Source of the DNA: Gemmatimonadota bacterium
GTDB lineage: Bacteria; Gemmatimonadota; Gemmatimonadetes; Gemmatimonadales; Gemmatimonadaceae
DNA: 21,778 nucleotides
Assembly (NCBI GenBank): GCA_031372565.1
Contig: JANMLN010000086.1
Span: forward strand, 1-21,778
Direction: 5' to 3'
Below are positions 1-8,090 of the stretch, piece after piece. The position numbers and the translations under genes are program-made. Under the pieces are notes generated by a model that saw only the letters and a program-made list of their open reading frames with translations, made no database searches and had not been told where the DNA came from. The number at the start of each line of letters is the position of its first letter. Position 1 is the first letter of the stretch.

Positions 1-140
1 GTTTTCTGGTTTGAAGTTGACAAGTATCAATCGTGCAGCCACCAACAATTCGTTTTTGCTTTTTCCAGTAAAACGAAATGCGCCAATAAAAATGAGAATC
101 TGAATGCCTTCAATACCAATGGGAATGCGGTTGATCCGAG

Positions 141-170
141 AAGCAGGTCCTTCGCTTTGCTCACGACGAC
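141..170. repeat. Single arm of REP-like repeat family A
   Basis: AAGCAGGTCCTTCGCTTTGCTCACGACGAC matches 17680-17709 (AAGCAGATCCTTCGCTTCGCTCAGGATGAC) at 26/30 positions and contains the symporter stop codon (161-163). Confidence 0.75.
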
Positions 171-1537
171 GGGGGGGCGGTGGCGAGCGACACGCCAACC
201 CCGGTCGCACACACCAGCGGGATCCCGTACATCGCCCACGGCCACGTGTACCCGCCCGCCTCGCCCACCACCACGAAGCAGCCGATCCCCCACGTCACCC
301 CGACCACCACCGACGCCCACGCGCCTGCCGTCGTCGCCTTCGGCCAATGGAACCCCGCGAGCAGCGCGAAGCTCAACGCGGCCACCGGAATGTTCGCGAG
401 AATCAGCCGATTGAGAATGTCGTCGACCAGCAGGTTGGCGCCGAGCCAGCACAGCACCGCGAAGCCGCCGATCAGCAGCCGCTGGCCGCGTACCGACATC
501 CCGCCGCGCACCTGAAAATCCGCCGCGACCATCGCCGCCATCGCGCTCCACACCCCCGCGAGCGTCGTGAGTGCTGCGGTGAACAGCATCGCGATCCCGA
601 CTCCCTTGAGCCCGGTCGGCAGCCAGGCCGCGATCATCTGCGGCACGACCTGCTGCGGATCGTCCAGCACCACGCCGCTCGCCTTGAACCACGCGGCGCC
701 GAGCACCATCACGCCGTAGAGGAGGAAGATGAGCACGGCGCTCACGCCCACTGCGGCAAATGCCGTCTTCTCGTCGCGCGCCGCAAAGATCTTCTGCCCG
801 TACCAGGGCGCCGCGATGTACGTGAAGCAGGTGAGCACGATCAGCGTCGTCACGAAGCGGAACGGCAGCGCCGGGTGTGTCCACTGCGCCCATGGCGCAA
901 ACACGCGCTGGTCGGCCGGGTACGCGGCGTCCATGGCGCCCGGCCCGAGCTTGAGATAACCGATGATGCCCAAGACCGGCAACAGCACCAGCGTGAGCGC
1001 GAATCCGACCAGATCGCTTCGCACCACGCTCTCCAATCCGCCCGAGATCACCACCAGCACCACCACCGCGCTCAACACCCCCGACAACACCCACGCATCC
1101 ACCCCGGGCACGATCGGAGCAAAGATCAGTGCCAACGACTTCACGTAGGTCGCGCTGAACCCCGTCATCGCCACCAGCAGCAGCGCCGACGCGAACCGCC
1201 CCAGCGCGGGCGAGTAGCGCGTACTGAAGAGTTCCGCCACGCTCAACCGGTTGAACCGCTTCCACGGCTTGGCCACCGTGACGGTGTAGAACAGCAGCCC
1301 CACCAGGAAGACGAACGGAAGCGCCAGCGCCATGGGCCCCGCGCGATAGCCCGCGGCGCTGAAGGCCAGCAGCGTGCTCGTGTTGAACTCGGTCATCACG
1401 AGCGTTGCCACGAGCGGAACGAACCCCACCGACCGGTCCGCCACGAGGTAGCTCTCCGCACTCACCGTCCCGCGGCGTCCCACCAGCACCAGCAGCGCAA
1501 TGATCGCCGCGAAACCCACCAGGTCGAGTCCGTTCAT
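161..1537 (-). CDS. Sodium:solute symporter (SSS/SLC5) family transporter
   Basis: Polytopic hydrophobic protein of ~458 aa with SSS-like segments (ESYLVADRSVG, ATLVMTEFNTSTLLAFSAAGY, SVAELFSTRYS, GGLESVVRSD, QKIFAARDEK). ATG at 1537 is preceded by GGGAG and is preferred over the GTG at 1549. Confidence 0.88.
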   Translation of the reverse strand: MNGLDLVGFAAIIALLVLVGRRGTVSAESYLVADRSVGFVPLVATLVMTEFNTSTLLAFSAAGYRAGPMALALPFVFLVGLLFYTVTVAKPWKRFNRLSVAELFSTRYSPALGRFASALLLVAMTGFSATYVKSLALIFAPIVPGVDAWVLSGVLSAVVVLVVISGGLESVVRSDLVGFALTLVLLPVLGIIGYLKLGPGAMDAAYPADQRVFAPWAQWTHPALPFRFVTTLIVLTCFTYIAAPWYGQKIFAARDEKTAFAAVGVSAVLIFLLYGVMVLGAAWFKASGVVLDDPQQVVPQMIAAWLPTGLKGVGIAMLFTAALTTLAGVWSAMAAMVAADFQVRGGMSVRGQRLLIGGFAVLCWLGANLLVDDILNRLILANIPVAALSFALLAGFHWPKATTAGAWASVVVGVTWGIGCFVVVGEAGGYTWPWAMYGIPLVCATGVGVSLATAPPSS

Positions 1538-1614
1538 GCGCGCTCCCACATCCGCCGCATCGCCGCGCGCGTAAACTCCTGTAGCGTTCGTGTTCCGCCC
1601 CCTCCCGTGCTCCG

Positions 1615-1989
1615 ATGCCGACGACCCGCCGCCGCTTCAGCCCCGAGTATGTGAGCATCGCTGCCCGCTGGCTGGGTCTGCTCAGCCACGAGACGCGCCT
1701 CCACCTGGTGCTGACCCTCGCGCAGGGCCCCAGCACGGTCACCGACCTCTGCGCCCACTTGGGGCTCGCGCAAAGCAACTGCAGCCACCACCTCGCGATC
1801 CTCCGCAATGCGGGCCTCGTCGTGGATGACCGCGACGGGCAGTTCGTGAACTATCGGCTCAACGTGGACGTCTGGCGCCGGATTGGCGATTCTTTCTTCG
1901 ACCAGCTGCTCGGCGGGGCCGATTCCGCAACGCTCCAGCACGTCCGCATCCAACGCCTCGCCAACGGCCGTACCACCCATCCGGCGTGA
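1615..1989 (+). CDS. ArsR/SmtB family transcriptional regulator
   Basis: 124 aa winged HTH: LSHETRLHLV...TVTDLCAHLGLAQSNCSHHLAILRNAGLV...RDGQFVNYRLN. Divergent from the symporter. Confidence 0.93.
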   Translation: MPTTRRRFSPEYVSIAARWLGLLSHETRLHLVLTLAQGPSTVTDLCAHLGLAQSNCSHHLAILRNAGLVVDDRDGQFVNYRLNVDVWRRIGDSFFDQLLGGADSATLQHVRIQRLANGRTTHPA

Positions 1990-2106
1990 GGAACGCGGCC
2001 GGATGCATCCGACTAGCTATGGTTGGACGTATTGAAGCCTGAACATATGTCGATACGCATCGGTGGCCATGCCGGCATCGGCCCCTTCACCCCTGCAGAA
2101 TCTTCC

Positions 2107-5046
2107 ATGTCGCTGCTTTGTGAGTTTCGACTGGCCTCGGCCCTGCTCGCCCTGGGTGCCGCGCTGATCGCGCCAGCCACTGTTGACGCCCAGCGACCGG
2201 AGGCCATCGTCTCCGGCATCGTGCGCTCGCAGGGCGGACGCCCGATCGGCGGCGCACGCGTCGAGACCGCCGATGGCGCCAACAAGATCGACGCCGATGC
2301 CGGCGGCCGCTTCCGGTTGAGTGTCCCAACGGGTGACGCGATCATCAGCGTCACGGCGATCGGGTTCCGGCCCGTGCGCATTCCACTCGTGGCGCTCGCG
2401 GCTGGCGAAGTGCGCCCCGTTGGCGTCACGCTCGCGCCGCTGTACACGCTGACGGCCACCACGATCGTCGCCACGCCCGAGCGTCCGCTCCTCAACACGG
2501 AGAACGCGGCCACCGGTGGCTCGATCGAGAAAGCCGAGCTCCTCGCGCTGCCCACGGATGCGCGCGACCCGATCGCGCTGCTGTTCAACGTGCCCGGCAT
2601 CACGCAGTCATCGGGCTTCTTCGGCGATGCACCGCAACTGTCGTTCAACGCGCAGAACGCGCTGTACACGACCTACCTGCTCGACGGCCTCGACAACACG
2701 GAAGGATTCCTCGGGGGACCGCGCGTGGAGTTTCCGCTCGCGGGACTCGATCGGATCGACGCCTACGTGAACAGCTACTCGAGCGAGTTCGGCCGCAGCC
2801 CGAGCGGCATCGTCAACCAGCTGTCGCGCGGTGGCAGCAACGCGCGCCACGGCGAACTCTTCCTGTATGGCCGCCCCGGGCGATCGTCGGGCGTCGATGC
2901 CGACAACAAGATCCCGTTCGGTGCGGTACCGGCCGCCATCCAGCGCAAACAGGACGGCTTCAAGCGCTTCCAGCTCGGCGGTGCGCTCTCTGGCGCCCTG
3001 CGTCCCGATCGCACCTTCTACTCCGTGGCCGCCGAGTACACGGACGAGACCGAGGACCGGGTCGGATCGACTGCACTGGCGAGCTTTCTTGGCACGGAGC
3101 GCCGCCAGAAGGTGAAGCTGTACGGCCGACTCGATCAGGCGTGGAACGCCAACCAGTTCACGACCGTGCGCGCGGCCTTCTCGATCACCGATCGGGCAGG
3201 GACCGGGTCCGGGATCGTGACGCCGGAAGCCGACATCGTCACGCGTCGCATCGGCGGATTGTACGCGCTCACGCACCGCTCCTCGCTCGATGGCGGGAAC
3301 GCGAGCAACACGATCTCCGCACAGGTCGGCACCTACCACTGGTACTTCCCGCCGGCCAACTCCGACTTCACCAAGCCGCAAGTCACGATCGTCGGCCCGG
3401 GCCCGTCGTTCACGCCGCAGGCGGTGGTCGGGTCGTCCAACTTCGTGTTCGATGAAAAGGAAGTGCAGATCCAGCTGCGCGACGTGTTCGAAACGGCGCT
3501 CAACGACGAGCACACGCTCCGGCTGGGGGGCGACATCCTGCGTTCGAACTTCGAGCTGTTCGCGGCCGGAACCAACCCGCTCGGCAGCTACGTCGTGGTC
3601 AACACCGGCAACATCAGTCCGCCAAGCGGACGCCCGGCGCGCTACTCCGACATTCCCGCTGGCGTACAGGTGCAGTCGTACACGGTGGATGCGCGACCGC
3701 AGCAGGTGAACCTCTCGCAGACCGTCTTCGGCGCGTTCATCGAGGACCGCTGGAAGGTGAGCCCGAGCTTCACGCTCATCTCGGGGCTCCGCTGGGATTA
3801 CGACGACATCACGAGCCGAGGGCAAAGCTCGCCGGATCTCACGGCGTTTCAGCCGCGCGTGTCGTTCAACTGGTATGCGACGCCGCGTTCGGTGCTGCGT
3901 GGTGGCATCGGCATGTACGCCGGCAAGCTTCCATACGCCATCTACTCCGACGCGCAACAACTGGGGGTCAATGGCAACGCGACGGTCTCGTTCAGCGGTG
4001 CGAGTGCACCGGTGTTCGGCGCGGGCCAGACCGCAGCAGCCCTCGCCGCCGCCACTGGCGCGCTACCGCCGCGCGAGGTCTTCTCGTTCTTCCCGCTCGG
4101 CCTGCGCATGCCGATGACCTACCAGACCACGGTGGGCTACCAGGTGCAGGTGGGCGATGACTGGGGCTACAGCGCCGATCTCGTGCTGTCGCGCACGGCC
4201 AACCTGCCGCGCCTGCTCGACCTCAACCCCGTCAACAAGCAGCTGGGCCCCGGCGACACGGCCAACCAGGTGTGTGCCTCGGCGACGTCGTGCCCCGGCG
4301 ACGCGTTCCGTCCGTCGAATCCGAACACGACCGGGTATCGACGCCTCTCGGCCGCGCAGTCGGGCGGCGAGGCGATGTACGCGGGCCTCTACCTGAGCGC
4401 ACGCAAGCGACTCGCGCGATCGCTCGCCGTCGATGCCAACTACGTGCTGTCGCGCGCCATGAACGATGCCGAAGACATCAACTTCTCGGCCACGCAGGGC
4501 AACTGCTTCGGTTCGAACTATCGCGATGCCGTGACCAACGCACCGTGCTCGAGCCGCGAGTGGGGCAACGCGAACAACGACCGCACGCACCGGGCCACGG
4601 TGCGCGCCATCTGGACACCGTGGGCCGCCTGGCGCTTCAGCATCGTGTCCGACGTGCAGAGTGGACAGCCGTTCACGCGTGTGGCCGGTGCCACCGTCGG
4701 CGGCGGACAATCGCGCTACGACCTGCTCGGCGCCGGCGCGATCCGCGGCAACGGCTTCATCGGCAACAGTGATCGCTACTACGGCGTGGAGCGCAACAGC
4801 GAGACGCTCCCGATGTACGAGAACACGAACATCAGCGCGACCTACCTGCTGGCGTTCGGCACCCAGGTGATCGAGTTGCGCGCCGACCTCTTCAACCTCA
4901 CGAACTTCACGGCGTGGGGGAACTTCGCGAACGGCGTGGGCGGTGGCGGGAGTCGCGTGCAGACCGGCCGACCCGGCGATCCGATCTACAACTTCAATCC
5001 CGGTCCGCCGAGGCAGCTGCAACTCTCGGCCCGCTGGGGCTTCTAG
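2107..5046 (+). CDS. TonB-dependent outer-membrane receptor with N-terminal carboxypeptidase-regulatory-like domain (Oar-like)
   Basis: Signal peptide (LASALLALGAALIAPATVDA), N-terminal SGIVRSQGGRPIGGARV domain, plug region (LLFNVPGI, YLLDGLDN, YSSEFGRSPSGIVN), beta-barrel strands (FIEDRWK, SGLRWDYD, FQPRVSF) and C-terminal PRQLQLSARWGF ending in Phe. Start chosen at ATG 2107. Confidence 0.92.
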   Translation: MSLLCEFRLASALLALGAALIAPATVDAQRPEAIVSGIVRSQGGRPIGGARVETADGANKIDADAGGRFRLSVPTGDAIISVTAIGFRPVRIPLVALAAGEVRPVGVTLAPLYTLTATTIVATPERPLLNTENAATGGSIEKAELLALPTDARDPIALLFNVPGITQSSGFFGDAPQLSFNAQNALYTTYLLDGLDNTEGFLGGPRVEFPLAGLDRIDAYVNSYSSEFGRSPSGIVNQLSRGGSNARHGELFLYGRPGRSSGVDADNKIPFGAVPAAIQRKQDGFKRFQLGGALSGALRPDRTFYSVAAEYTDETEDRVGSTALASFLGTERRQKVKLYGRLDQAWNANQFTTVRAAFSITDRAGTGSGIVTPEADIVTRRIGGLYALTHRSSLDGGNASNTISAQVGTYHWYFPPANSDFTKPQVTIVGPGPSFTPQAVVGSSNFVFDEKEVQIQLRDVFETALNDEHTLRLGGDILRSNFELFAAGTNPLGSYVVVNTGNISPPSGRPARYSDIPAGVQVQSYTVDARPQQVNLSQTVFGAFIEDRWKVSPSFTLISGLRWDYDDITSRGQSSPDLTAFQPRVSFNWYATPRSVLRGGIGMYAGKLPYAIYSDAQQLGVNGNATVSFSGASAPVFGAGQTAAALAAATGALPPREVFSFFPLGLRMPMTYQTTVGYQVQVGDDWGYSADLVLSRTANLPRLLDLNPVNKQLGPGDTANQVCASATSCPGDAFRPSNPNTTGYRRLSAAQSGGEAMYAGLYLSARKRLARSLAVDANYVLSRAMNDAEDINFSATQGNCFGSNYRDAVTNAPCSSREWGNANNDRTHRATVRAIWTPWAAWRFSIVSDVQSGQPFTRVAGATVGGGQSRYDLLGAGAIRGNGFIGNSDRYYGVERNSETLPMYENTNISATYLLAFGTQVIELRADLFNLTNFTAWGNFANGVGGGGSRVQTGRPGDPIYNFNPGPPRQLQLSARWGF

Positions 5047-5103
5047 CGCGCCCGGTGGGACCCGCGCGCTCCGGCGGGCCCCATCACGCGTAGCTTCCCC
5101 CGC

Positions 5104-5712
5104 ATGTTCGACGAACAGTTCCGTCGCGTCTTCCCCGCCGTTGCGGCCGCTCCCGTGCGCGCGCTCGCGCGTGCGAGGATCACGCCGAATCAGGTCAGCG
5201 TGGCCGCATGCACGCTGGGGTGCATCGCGGCCGTGTCGCTCGGCGCCGGTTACCCCGTGAGCGCGCTTACGCTGTGGCTCGCAGGACGCGTGCTCGACGG
5301 CATGGACGGCCTGCTCGCGCGCGAGACGGGTGCCGGTACCGCGTTTGGTGGCTACCTGGACATCACGCTGGACATGGTGGCGTACGGCGCCATGGTGATC
5401 GGCTTCGCGGTGCAGCGCCCGGAGCATGCGATCGCGTGGATGTGCATCCTGTTCGGCTACGTGCTCGTGACGACCAGTACGTTGGCGCTCTCATCGCTGC
5501 TCGAGGCCCAGCATGCGCGCGAGGGGCTCACCAACCGATCGATCGCCTTCACGCCGGGCTTCGCCGAGGCCGGAGAGACGAGCATCGTGTACGCGCTGCT
5601 CGTGCTCGTGCCGGTCGCGATACCGATGATCGCGTGGGCATGGGTGGCGCTGTTGGCTGCGACAGTCGTGCAGCGCACGCGCCTCGCGTGGCGCGTGTTG
5701 GACGGTCGGTAG
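5104..5712 (+). CDS. CDP-alcohol phosphatidyltransferase family protein (YnjF-like)
   Basis: ITPNQVS and the signature DGMDGLLARETGAGTAFGGYLDITLD (D-G-x2-A-R-x8-G-x3-D-x3-D); several TM helices; later GFAEAGET segment. Confidence 0.9.
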   Translation: MFDEQFRRVFPAVAAAPVRALARARITPNQVSVAACTLGCIAAVSLGAGYPVSALTLWLAGRVLDGMDGLLARETGAGTAFGGYLDITLDMVAYGAMVIGFAVQRPEHAIAWMCILFGYVLVTTSTLALSSLLEAQHAREGLTNRSIAFTPGFAEAGETSIVYALLVLVPVAIPMIAWAWVALLAATVVQRTRLAWRVLDGR

Positions 5713-5751
5713 TGCGCGCGCAGTGTTCAGGCGACGAGCCGCGAGATCCGA

Positions 5752-6492
5752 TCAGCGCGGCACGTAGTCGTGCAGGAGCGGTCCTGGTCCGGGCGCGTCG
5801 AGCATCGACAGCAGGGCGCGCAGCACGTGGCGCTGCCCGTCCGCGTCACCCGGTGCACCGAGCGCTCGCCCGAACGGGAACGGCACCGCCAGCATGCGCG
5901 GCGCCCGCAGCGTCACCGCCACGCTGCGCACGAGCGCGATGCACGCCGTGGCGATCCCCAATCGTTCGACTTCCGCTGCGAGCAGTCCGACCGACTGCGT
6001 ACAGGTGGGTCAGACGGGCACGAAGAGCGCGGCGTCCACCTCATCCGCCAGCAACGCATCCACGATCCCGGGCGCTGTCTCCTTGAGGAAGCGGCCGGGC
6101 GCCACCATGCTGCCGTTGAAGCTCACGGCTCGCGGCGCCACCTCGCCGATCGTCCCGTCGGCTGCCAGCTCGTAGAGGCGGTCGAGCGGCAAGGCGAGAT
6201 TCTTGTCCTTGAGCAGATCGGCACGGTCGAACGCGTCGCTCGTCTGTCCGATCGCGAGCGCGGTCACGGGGGTATCGCTCGGCAGGTAGCGCGCGCTGAT
6301 CACTTCGCCTTCGCGCGTGCCGAAGTCGGCATCAACGCCCGGGCGATAGAGCCCCGCACTCGTCACCAACGCCACGCGCGCCCGTCCGAGCGGCACGCGG
6401 AGCGTCGCCCACGGCGTGTCGGCGATCGTACGCCACCGGTACGCGCGAATCGAGATCCGGTACTTGAGGGGTAGCTCATCCCAGCTGGCCAT
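5752..6492 (-). CDS. PrdB/GrdB-like (glycine/sarcosine/betaine/D-proline reductase component B family) selenoprotein, 246 aa, Sec at codon 161
   Basis: The N-part (RVALVTSAGL, DKNLALPLDRLYELAADGTIG, SFNG, VDAALFVPV) and C-part (PTCTQSVGLLAAEVERLGIAT...PRMLAVPFPFGRALG) are in one frame, separated only by TGA at 6012-6010, giving V-P-V-U-P-T-C. A SECIS-like hairpin follows immediately. Confidence 0.88.
5982..5998 (-). promoter_or_regulatory. Putative bacterial SECIS element
   Basis: mRNA reads UGA-CCCACCUGUAC-GCAGUC-GGUCG-GACUGC: a perfect 6-bp stem with a 5-nt loop starting with GG, beginning after an 11-nt spacer. Confidence 0.78.
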
Positions 6493-6624
6493 GCGGGAAA
6501 GATGGCGACGACACCGCATGCGCACGACCGGCGTGATGAATCCGGACGTGACCCGTGCGGCGTACCGTGTCGAACGAGCGCGTCCGCCACGACAGGCGTT
6601 GCATCTAGCGGCGTCGATATTCCC

Positions 6625-6652
6625 TTGCCGACCCGATTCCTCCCCGTAGGAT
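6625..6652 (+). promoter_or_regulatory. Possible sigma70-type promoter for the radical SAM gene
   Basis: TTGCCG (6625-6630), 16 nt spacer, TAGGAT (6647-6652), upstream of ATG 6693. Confidence 0.35.
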
Positions 6653-6692
6653 GGGGGTTGGTGTTTCTCGCCCCCTCCCAACGAGTACGCGC

Positions 6693-8090
6693 ATGGCCAC
6701 TCGACCCGTCGTGAACAGTGCGTGGGCGGCCTTCACCGAGCCCGTGCTCGCCGAGTCGCGAGCGCTGTTGGCCCAGAACTGGAGCCAGCTCCCGGCGGCG
6801 CTGCGAACGCCGCACCAGATGCTGGGCCGGCAGGGCAACGGATGCGGAGCGACGATCGGTGCCATGCCGCGCTGTGACTTCGCCTGTCGCGGCTGCTATC
6901 TCGGCGAGGAGGCCAACAAGATTCCCGCCGAACCGCTCGAGGCGATCAAGGCGCAGATGCGTGCGTTGCGCCCGGTGCTCGGCCCGGCCGGCAACCTGCA
7001 ACTCACCGACGGCGAGGTCACGCTGCGGCCCGTCGAGGACGTGATCGAACTGCTGCAGTACGCGCGCTCGCTGGACCTCATTCCCATGCTCATGACGCAT
7101 GGCGATTCGTTCCGTCGCCGGCCAGGACTGCTCGAGCGGCTGGTCCGCGAGGGCGGCTTGCGTGAAGTGAGCATTCACGTCGACACGACGCAGCGCGGCC
7201 GCACGGGCCCATACCGCAATGCCAGGACCGAGGCGGACCTCAATCCGCTGCGCGCCGAGTTCGGCGAGATGCTGCGCGCTGCACGCGCCGCCACGGGGCT
7301 GAATGTGCGCGCGGCCACGACGATGACCATCACCCCGGAGAACCTGGGCGGCGTGGCCGATGTCGTGCGCTGGTTGATGCAGAACCCCGATGCCTTCTTC
7401 ATGATCTCGTTCCAGCCCATCGCGCAGGTGGGGCGTACCGAGGATGGCCTGGGCGACAGCGTGGACGTCGAAGCACTCTGGCGCGAGATCGCGCGTGGCT
7501 GCCATGGATCGGCCGATGCAGCGACCGTCGCACGACTCCTGGGCGGGCAGAAGTGGCTCGGGCACCCCGCCTGCAACCGGTTCGTGCACGGCATCGTGGC
7601 GAAGCGCGCCACCGCGGCCACCTTCCACCCCGTACGCCAGCAGGGCGACGCGACCGACGCCCGCATCGTGGACGGCTTCCTTGCACGGTTCGGGGGGATC
7701 TCGTTTCGTCGCGATGGGCGAGTGACCGCCATCGCACGTGCGCTCGGACTGGCTGCGCGCGCGCCGGGCTTCTTCGCGCGCAATGTGCCCGCGTTCGCCT
7801 GGCACTGGCTGCGCCGCCTTGGTGATGGCAACCCGTGGCGCGCAGCACGCGAACTCGCGTCGGGGGCGCTGCACGCGCACGGCTTCCTGTTCGTGAGCCA
7901 TCACTTCATGAGCAAGGCACAGCTCGAGACGCCCCTTGGCCAGGAGCGCGTGCAGCACTGCGTGTTCACCGTGCCGGTGGACGGTCAGCTGGTGAGCATG
8001 TGTGAAGTCAACGCGCTCGGCATCCGCGAGGAGTACTACGCGCAGATCGCTACCGCTGCGCGACCTTCCGTGCTTTCGCCTGACTGTTGA
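6693..8090 (+). CDS. Radical SAM enzyme of unknown function
   Basis: CxxxCxxC motif CDFACRGC; LQLTDGEVTLR (GGEP-equivalent), MLMTHG, SIHVDTTQ, ISFQPIAQVGR; further Cys in HPAC and C-terminal HCVF...SMCEVN. Confidence 0.92.
   Translation: MATRPVVNSAWAAFTEPVLAESRALLAQNWSQLPAALRTPHQMLGRQGNGCGATIGAMPRCDFACRGCYLGEEANKIPAEPLEAIKAQMRALRPVLGPAGNLQLTDGEVTLRPVEDVIELLQYARSLDLIPMLMTHGDSFRRRPGLLERLVREGGLREVSIHVDTTQRGRTGPYRNARTEADLNPLRAEFGEMLRAARAATGLNVRAATTMTITPENLGGVADVVRWLMQNPDAFFMISFQPIAQVGRTEDGLGDSVDVEALWREIARGCHGSADAATVARLLGGQKWLGHPACNRFVHGIVAKRATAATFHPVRQQGDATDARIVDGFLARFGGISFRRDGRVTAIARALGLAARAPGFFARNVPAFAWHWLRRLGDGNPWRAARELASGALHAHGFLFVSHHFMSKAQLETPLGQERVQHCVFTVPVDGQLVSMCEVNALGIREEYYAQIATAARPSVLSPDC

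Noticed and set aside
27..1808. Long alternative-frame ORFs (593 aa minus, 516 aa plus) and similar ones elsewhere (2608-3960, 6363-8129, 8795-10750, 11515-12834, 17700-19265)
   Set aside because: Arg/Gly/Ala-rich shadow frames overlapping well-supported genes, expected in high-GC DNA; no recognisable motifs.
5752..6681. Pseudogene or two-gene interpretation of the PrdB-like locus
   Set aside because: The stop falls exactly at the UxxC catalytic position, both halves are intact and in frame, and a SECIS-like hairpin follows.
6693..8090. Calling the radical SAM arsS or moaA
   Set aside because: Length and motifs do not match what I recall for either family; only the generic CxxxCxxC core is shared.
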